Below, in pieces: positions 58,884-64,000 of a DNA stretch of 64,000 bases. This DNA is from Polyangiaceae bacterium (GTDB taxonomy: Bacteria; Myxococcota_A; Polyangia; Polyangiales; Polyangiaceae), in the NCBI GenBank assembly GCA_965222375.1, contig CBDCTZ010000015.1:224001-288000 (forward strand), written 5' to 3'. The number at the start of each line of letters is the position of its first letter. The stretch's first letter is position 1. The notes beneath the pieces were generated by a model. The model did no database searches. It was not told the DNA's origin and saw only the letters and a list, made by a program, of their open reading frames with translations. Made by a program: the position numbers and the translations under genes.

Positions 58884-59734
58884 CCCTCCCAAGCGAAGAG
58901 CGGGGCTCGCTCTTCGTCGTCGGCACGCCGATAGGAAACCTGCAGGACATCACCCTGCGAGCCGTAGAGACTCTGAAGCAAGTGGCTGTGGTCGCGGCTG
59001 AAGACACCCGCCGGACACGCGCACTGCTGAGCCATCTAGGAATCTCCAAGAAGCAGTTGGTCGCAGTTGACGCCCATGCCGACTCGAGCCGGATCTCCAA
59101 AGTCGTCACGGCACTGAAAGAAGGCCGAAACGTAGCGCTGGTCACGGACGCCGGCATGCCCGGCATTAGCGACCCTGGCGCAGAACTGGTCCGTGCAGCT
59201 CGGGGCGAGGAAATCGCCGTTCACGTCATCCCGGGCCCCAGTGCCGTCACCGCCGCCGTTGCACTCTCCGGTCTGGTCGACGGTCCCTTCCTCTTCCTCG
59301 GTTTCCTGCCCCGAAAGGGAAAGAAGCGCCGAGATGCTCTGATGCGGCTCGCCGACACCGCGCTGCCTGCCGTGTTGTTCGAAGCACCCGCACGGCTCCA
59401 CACCACCCTATCCGAATTAGCTGAATCACAGCCTGACCGCTTGGCGAGCGTGTGTCGCGAACTCACGAAGTTGCACGAAGAGAGCCGTCAGGGAACCCTC
59501 GCGAGCTTGGCCGAAGAAGACTTGCCTGAACGGGGGGAGGTCACGATCGTTTTGGGCGCTTTCGAAGCCAGAAGGCATGACGAGCCGATCGAAGCGTTGA
59601 TCCCCGAAATCGACGCATTGCTCGAAGCAGGCCTCAGCGTGCGAGACGTGGCGAGCGAATTGTCAGAGCAGCGCGGCCACAGTCGGCGGGAGATCTTTCA
59701 ACTGGCCCTGACGCGGCGTAGCAAAGACGAGTAG
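58880..59734 (+). CDS. rsmI: 16S rRNA (cytidine-1402-2'-O)-methyltransferase
   Basis: [43 protein letters not shown]. Confidence 0.95.
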   Translation: MTLPSEERGSLFVVGTPIGNLQDITLRAVETLKQVAVVAAEDTRRTRALLSHLGISKKQLVAVDAHADSSRISKVVTALKEGRNVALVTDAGMPGISDPGAELVRAARGEEIAVHVIPGPSAVTAAVALSGLVDGPFLFLGFLPRKGKKRRDALMRLADTALPAVLFEAPARLHTTLSELAESQPDRLASVCRELTKLHEESRQGTLASLAEEDLPERGEVTIVLGAFEARRHDEPIEALIPEIDALLEAGLSVRDVASELSEQRGHSRREIFQLALTRRSKDE

Positions 59735-59826
59735 ACATGGCCGAGGGTCTGTGGCTCACGCCCCCTCCGAAGCAGCAACCTCCGGACGACGATCTCGGGT
59801 TTTGAGCTCCAAGCAACCCTGAACGT

Positions 59827-60312
59827 TCAACGCGTTCTGCGTAATCGGACCTTGCGTAATCGGGATGCGTCGACCCATTCGTCCCACTCGCTGCCCCAGC
59901 CCGTGTAGTGAATCTTCGTCATCTTGCCTCGGCGCGCGATGACCCGAGCGGCCCACCAACTACCGCCCCAGGCGACCTCTACGCGCTCGTTCAACCGGGC
60001 GTTGGCGTGGGGTCCGGCAGGGCCAGCGGCACGGACGCGATCCGGCGTTGCCCATTCGTCCCATTCGCTGCCCCAACCCGTGTAGTGCACCTTCACAAGC
60101 CGGCCTCGGCGTTCCAGGATCGACCCATCCCACCAGCTACCACCCCACAAGATCTCGACCGCAGCAGCTCGCGGCGACGTTCGCGCGTCCGCGGCGATGG
60201 TGGCGCCACCGGTCGCCGGCACAGCTGGCCGCGGTTTTGGAGTAGCCGCCACACTCAGGGTGAAAAGCCCAACCGACAGCCACATCAAAACCGCAAAGAT
60301 CCCTCTCAACAT
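59827..60312 (-). CDS. Secreted protein with two tandem Tudor-knot/Agenet-like domains
   Basis: Signal peptide; two copies of VE..WGGSWW...I......K.HYTGWGSEWDEW. Confidence 0.7.
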   Translation of the reverse strand: MLRGIFAVLMWLSVGLFTLSVAATPKPRPAVPATGGATIAADARTSPRAAAVEILWGGSWWDGSILERRGRLVKVHYTGWGSEWDEWATPDRVRAAGPAGPHANARLNERVEVAWGGSWWAARVIARRGKMTKIHYTGWGSEWDEWVDASRLRKVRLRRTR

Positions 60313-60463
60313 CCCTGACCTCCTGGAGTGAAAACGGGGGATGCCCACGCTTTCTTTCACCTCGCGAGCGTCGCCCGAGTTTTGCCGCTGCAAGTGCCTG
60401 AAATTACAGAACATTGCGCCACCTGCCCCGGCGCCGCTTCTGTGGTAAGACCGGACCCCCGCC

Positions 60464-62101
60464 GTGTTTGAAGCGCTTACAAAAGGCTTCCGGGAGGCGC
60501 AGAACCGCCTCGCCGGACTCACCGAACTCACTGACAACAACATCAAGCCCGCTTTGCGCGAGGTGCGTCTGAGTCTGCTCGAAGCGGACGTCGAGCTGGG
60601 TGTCGTCAAACGCTTCCTAGCGCGGGTCGAAGAGAAGGCACTCGGTCAGACCGTTCAGGTCAAGGTCAAACAGGCCGGTGAAACTCATCGCGTTTCTGCC
60701 AGCGACCAGTTCGTCAAGATCTGCCACGACGAACTCGTCGCCATGATGGGTACGGAAACGGAACCCGTCACTTTCGCTGAGCGTGGGCCGACGGAAGTGA
60801 TGATGGTCGGTTTGCAGGGGTCGGGTAAGACGACGACCTCCGCCAAACTGGCGCGCTGGTACGAAAAGCAAGGCAAGAAGCCGCTACTGGTCGCTGCAGA
60901 CATGCAACGCCCTGCAGCTGTGGAGCAGCTCAAGGTCCTCGGCGAGCAGCTGTCCATTCCCGTTTTCAACGTTGCCGGGGAAACACCGGTGAACATCTGC
61001 AGCGCGGCCGAAGCGGAAGCCAAGTCGTTGGGCTGCGACATCATCATCTACGACACTGCTGGCCGGCTCGCCATCGACGAGCAGCTGATGCAGGAGCTCG
61101 CGGCGATCAAAGAGCGCGTCGACCCCGAGAACATCTTCTTGGTCGTGGATGCCATGATCGGCCAAGACGCCGTCCAGACGGCCAAGGGGTTCAACGAGCG
61201 CCTCGGCATCACCGGCGTCGTGCTCACCAAGCTCGACGGCGACGCCCGCGGAGGCGCGGCGCTTTCGGTACGCGAAGTGACGGGTGCACCCATCGCTTTC
61301 GTGGGCCTGGGTGAAACCCTCGACAAGCTGGACGTTTTCCGAGCGGAGGGCATGGCCAGCCGTGTCCTGGGCATGGGGGACGTCGTCGGGTTGATGCAGG
61401 ACTTCCAGGAAGTCGCCGACCAGAAGAAGGCCGAGGAAGACGCTCTGCGCATGATGAGCGGGGAGTTCACCCTCGAGGACTTCCTGAACCAAGTCAAAAT
61501 GATCCAGCAAATGGGTTCCCTGAAGGACTTGGTCGACAAGATCCCCGGCATGGGCAGCATGGTCCCTGCCGGCGTGAATCTGGACGACAAAGAGCTAGTG
61601 CGGATCGAAGCCATGATCCAGTCCATGACCAAGCAGGAGCGCGTCGATCCCAATGCGCTGATCCGAGAACCGGGCCGAGTGAAGCGGATCTCCAAGGGCT
61701 CTGGCCAACCGGAACAAGGTGTTTCGGAACTGGTTCAGAAGTTCTTGTTCATGAAGCAGATGATGGGCGGCATGGGCGGCAATGCCGGCCTGATGGGCAA
61801 AATCCCCGGCCTCAAGGGTCTTGCCCAAGCGCGCAATATCAAGAAAGCCATGAAGAGCGGTCAACTGCCTGGTGGCATGGGCATGCCTGGGATGCCCGGA
61901 ATGCCAGGCATGCCGGGAATGGGGCTACCCGGGATGGGCATGCCCGGAATGCCCGGCATGGGAATACCCGGCATGGCTGGCGGTGGCGGCGGGGCCGAGA
62001 CTCCCCGCATGAAGCAGCTCTCCCGCGCAGAGAAGAACGCGAAGAAGAACCAGCGCAAGCGCGAGCGCAGCGCGCGGAAAAAGAACAAGGGGCGAAAGTA
62101 A
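60464..62101 (+). CDS. ffh: Signal recognition particle protein
   Basis: GLQGSGKTT, DTAGR, TKLDGDARGGAALS, RVLGMGDV, FTLEDF; extended GMP-rich tail. Confidence 0.97.
   Translation: MFEALTKGFREAQNRLAGLTELTDNNIKPALREVRLSLLEADVELGVVKRFLARVEEKALGQTVQVKVKQAGETHRVSASDQFVKICHDELVAMMGTETEPVTFAERGPTEVMMVGLQGSGKTTTSAKLARWYEKQGKKPLLVAADMQRPAAVEQLKVLGEQLSIPVFNVAGETPVNICSAAEAEAKSLGCDIIIYDTAGRLAIDEQLMQELAAIKERVDPENIFLVVDAMIGQDAVQTAKGFNERLGITGVVLTKLDGDARGGAALSVREVTGAPIAFVGLGETLDKLDVFRAEGMASRVLGMGDVVGLMQDFQEVADQKKAEEDALRMMSGEFTLEDFLNQVKMIQQMGSLKDLVDKIPGMGSMVPAGVNLDDKELVRIEAMIQSMTKQERVDPNALIREPGRVKRISKGSGQPEQGVSELVQKFLFMKQMMGGMGGNAGLMGKIPGLKGLAQARNIKKAMKSGQLPGGMGMPGMPGMPGMPGMGLPGMGMPGMPGMGIPGMAGGGGGAETPRMKQLSRAEKNAKKNQRKRERSARKKNKGRK
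61871..61980. repeat. Degenerate 9-bp repeat encoding (GMP)n in the ffh tail
   Basis: GGMGMPGMPGMPGMPGMGLPGMGMPGMPGMGIPGM. Confidence 0.8.
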
Positions 62102-62736
62102 TGAATGCGCGGACTACCTCGCTACTCGGGTGCGCTGCGGCCGTGGCCTTGATGCTGGGGTGCAACACCTCGGAGCCGAAGCCCCCAGCCGAAGAGCTGG
62201 CTCCCGCGCTTCGCGCGTTCGTGCTCGACGAGGTGCCGAGCGATGTCGAAAACCGAACCTTCATCGACTTTGGCGGCAAGGCACACCTGGTTGGCTACAC
62301 CCTAGAGCCCTCGGGCATCGTGAGGCCCGGTGAAACCCTGAAGATGACCCTGTACTGGCGCTCGGTCGCACCCTTGACCAAGGGCTGGGGATTGTTCACA
62401 CACCTGACCGGACCGAGCGGCAAGCGCTTGGAGAACTTCGACAACGTTGGACCGCTTCGAGAGCAGGCCGCCGGAGGCCAAGCCCTGCCCCCCAGCCGGT
62501 GGCAGCCCGGCAAGGTCTACGTGGACGAACAGGAACTGATGCTGCCGCGCAACCTGACTGACTCCGTCGTAACGGTGACGGTGGGGATTTGGAAAGGCAA
62601 TGCGCGGCTGGACGTGCTGAGTGGCCGCGCGGATAGCGTACGTAGGGCAATCGTGGCCCATGTAAAGACCGGCGTGATACCGCCCAAGCCCGTCGCGAAG
62701 AAGCCAGTCAGCAAGAAGAATGAACCCACGCGCTGA
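62101..62736 (+). CDS. Lipoprotein with an Ig-like beta-sandwich domain
   Basis: MLGC lipobox; LVGY...PGE...TLYW...WGLFTHL...WQPGKVYVDE; paralogous to the N half of the next gene. Confidence 0.7.
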   Translation: MNARTTSLLGCAAAVALMLGCNTSEPKPPAEELAPALRAFVLDEVPSDVENRTFIDFGGKAHLVGYTLEPSGIVRPGETLKMTLYWRSVAPLTKGWGLFTHLTGPSGKRLENFDNVGPLREQAAGGQALPPSRWQPGKVYVDEQELMLPRNLTDSVVTVTVGIWKGNARLDVLSGRADSVRRAIVAHVKTGVIPPKPVAKKPVSKKNEPTR

Positions 62737-62761
62737 GCGCGGCGGTTTTCGAGGAGGAGAG

Positions 62762-64000
62762 ATGCGAAACGTTTTCGCCAGCTTGGTATTGCTATCGCTA
62801 GCAACGACGGCCTGTGTCGGTGGCTCGACGGACACCAGCAAGGAAGACAAGGAGCGCCTGAAGTCTTTCGTGCTCGACAAGGCACCTGGCAACATCCCAC
62901 ACAAGCTCAACGTCAACTTCGACGGCAAGGCCATGCTGTTGGGCTACCGCATCAACCCGGATGGGCCGGTCAAGCCGGGTGGCAAGATCAAGCTCATCAT
63001 GTACTGGCGATGCGACAAGGACATCGCCGACGGTTGGAACCTGTTCACCCACGTTCTCGATGGCGCCGGAGAGCGCGTCTTGAACATCGACAACGTCGGC
63101 CCCATCCGTGAGTGGCGAGGGAACCGGCAGGCCATGGCACCCAGCGTCTGGGAGGCGGGCAAAGTCTACGTGGACGAGCAGGAGTTCACGCTACCGGCCA
63201 CCGTCAAGACGTCCAAGATCCAGGTCACGACCGGGATTTGGAAGGGCAACGATCGAATCAAGATCACGGCAGGCCCAGCAGATCGCGAGCATCGGGCACT
63301 CGTCGTATCCATCGAAACGGGCATGAAGGCGAAGGCGCCTCCCCCAGACACCCGAGTCCCCACACTTCGCGTGGATAGGCTCGAGAAGGACGTCAAGATC
63401 AAGATCGACGGCAAGCTGGACGAAGAAGCTTGGGCCTCGGCTGCGATCGCTGGTCCCTTCGTGGACGTGGGCACCGCCCGCCCCAATACCAGCTTCCCGG
63501 TGAACGGAAGCGTCAAGGTTCTGTGGAACGACACCGGGATGTACCTGGGCTTCGACGTGAAAGATCCGGACGTCGTCGGCGGTTTCAAAAAGACTGCCAA
63601 AGATCCCAAGCTCTGGACCAAGGACACCGTGGAGATCATGGTGGATCCCGACGGTGATGGAGACAACAAGGACTACTACGAGATTCAGATCAACCCGCAG
63701 AACCTCGTGTTCGATTCCCGATTTGACGATTACAACCTGCCAAAGAAAGACCCGGACGGCCCCTTTGGTCATCAGAAGTGGTCAGCGAAACTCAAGAGCG
63801 CCGTACAAGTCAAAGGCACCCTCGACAAGGAGGGTGACAAGGACGAGGGGTACATCATCGAAGCCATGATCCCCTGGAAGAGCTTCGACAAAGCAAAGCA
63901 GGTTCCGCCGAAGGTCGGCGACACCTGGCGCATGAACTTCTACGCCATGCAGAGCAACAATGGCGTCGCGTGGTCGGCCATTCTGGGCCAGGGCAACTTC
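62762..64000 (+). CDS. Lipoprotein with Ig-like domain + carbohydrate-binding family 9-like domain, 3'-truncated by window edge
   Basis: Absent from the ORF track (no stop in window). MRNVFASLVLLSLATTAC; IKIDGKLDEEAW, LWNDTGMYLGF, DTVEIMVDPDGDG, YYEIQINP, IEAMIPW, WRMNFY. Confidence 0.8.
   Translation, partial: MRNVFASLVLLSLATTACVGGSTDTSKEDKERLKSFVLDKAPGNIPHKLNVNFDGKAMLLGYRINPDGPVKPGGKIKLIMYWRCDKDIADGWNLFTHVLDGAGERVLNIDNVGPIREWRGNRQAMAPSVWEAGKVYVDEQEFTLPATVKTSKIQVTTGIWKGNDRIKITAGPADREHRALVVSIETGMKAKAPPPDTRVPTLRVDRLEKDVKIKIDGKLDEEAWASAAIAGPFVDVGTARPNTSFPVNGSVKVLWNDTGMYLGFDVKDPDVVGGFKKTAKDPKLWTKDTVEIMVDPDGDGDNKDYYEIQINPQNLVFDSRFDDYNLPKKDPDGPFGHQKWSAKLKSAVQVKGTLDKEGDKDEGYIIEAMIPWKSFDKAKQVPPKVGDTWRMNFYAMQSNNGVAWSAILGQGNF

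Noticed and set aside
60313..60463. SRP RNA (ffs) next to ffh
   Set aside because: No CAGG...GGAA...AGCAG domain IV motif seen.
1..64000. tRNA/rRNA genes
   Set aside because: The T-loop-like GTTCGA strings I noticed lie inside CDS without cloverleaf context; no rRNA-like segment seen.

Overview
GC-rich bacterial DNA with a strongly myxobacterial character. This is inferred from the many Gly-rich and Cys-rich lipoproteins, a fibro-slime protein with Cys-rich repeats, a MYXO-CTERM-like tail, a kinase-like/TPR gene pair and an RpoH-family sigma factor. About 55 CDS are present. Housekeeping genes include argS, mpl, metF, arfB, rsmI and ffh. Accessory content includes a cell-wall hydrolase cluster at the left edge, a long run of secreted lipoproteins (11.7-25.4 kb), a P450, a MATE transporter, a carbamoyltransferase-amidase pair, a membrane pseudokinase and a secreted tandem Tudor-knot-like protein. 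The most notable feature is an apparently complete IS110-family (IS1111-like) element at about 34759-36381. It has 10-bp sub-terminal inverted repeats, a 13-bp stem masking the transposase RBS, and a 3' non-coding region containing short matches to both its own reconstructed target site and its donor junction (a candidate bridge/seek RNA). The donor-matching segment is duplicated, giving a modular, mini-array-like layout. I found no tRNA, rRNA or CRISPR array. All calls come from reading motifs by eye; no searches were run, and several start codons were re-chosen by hand.
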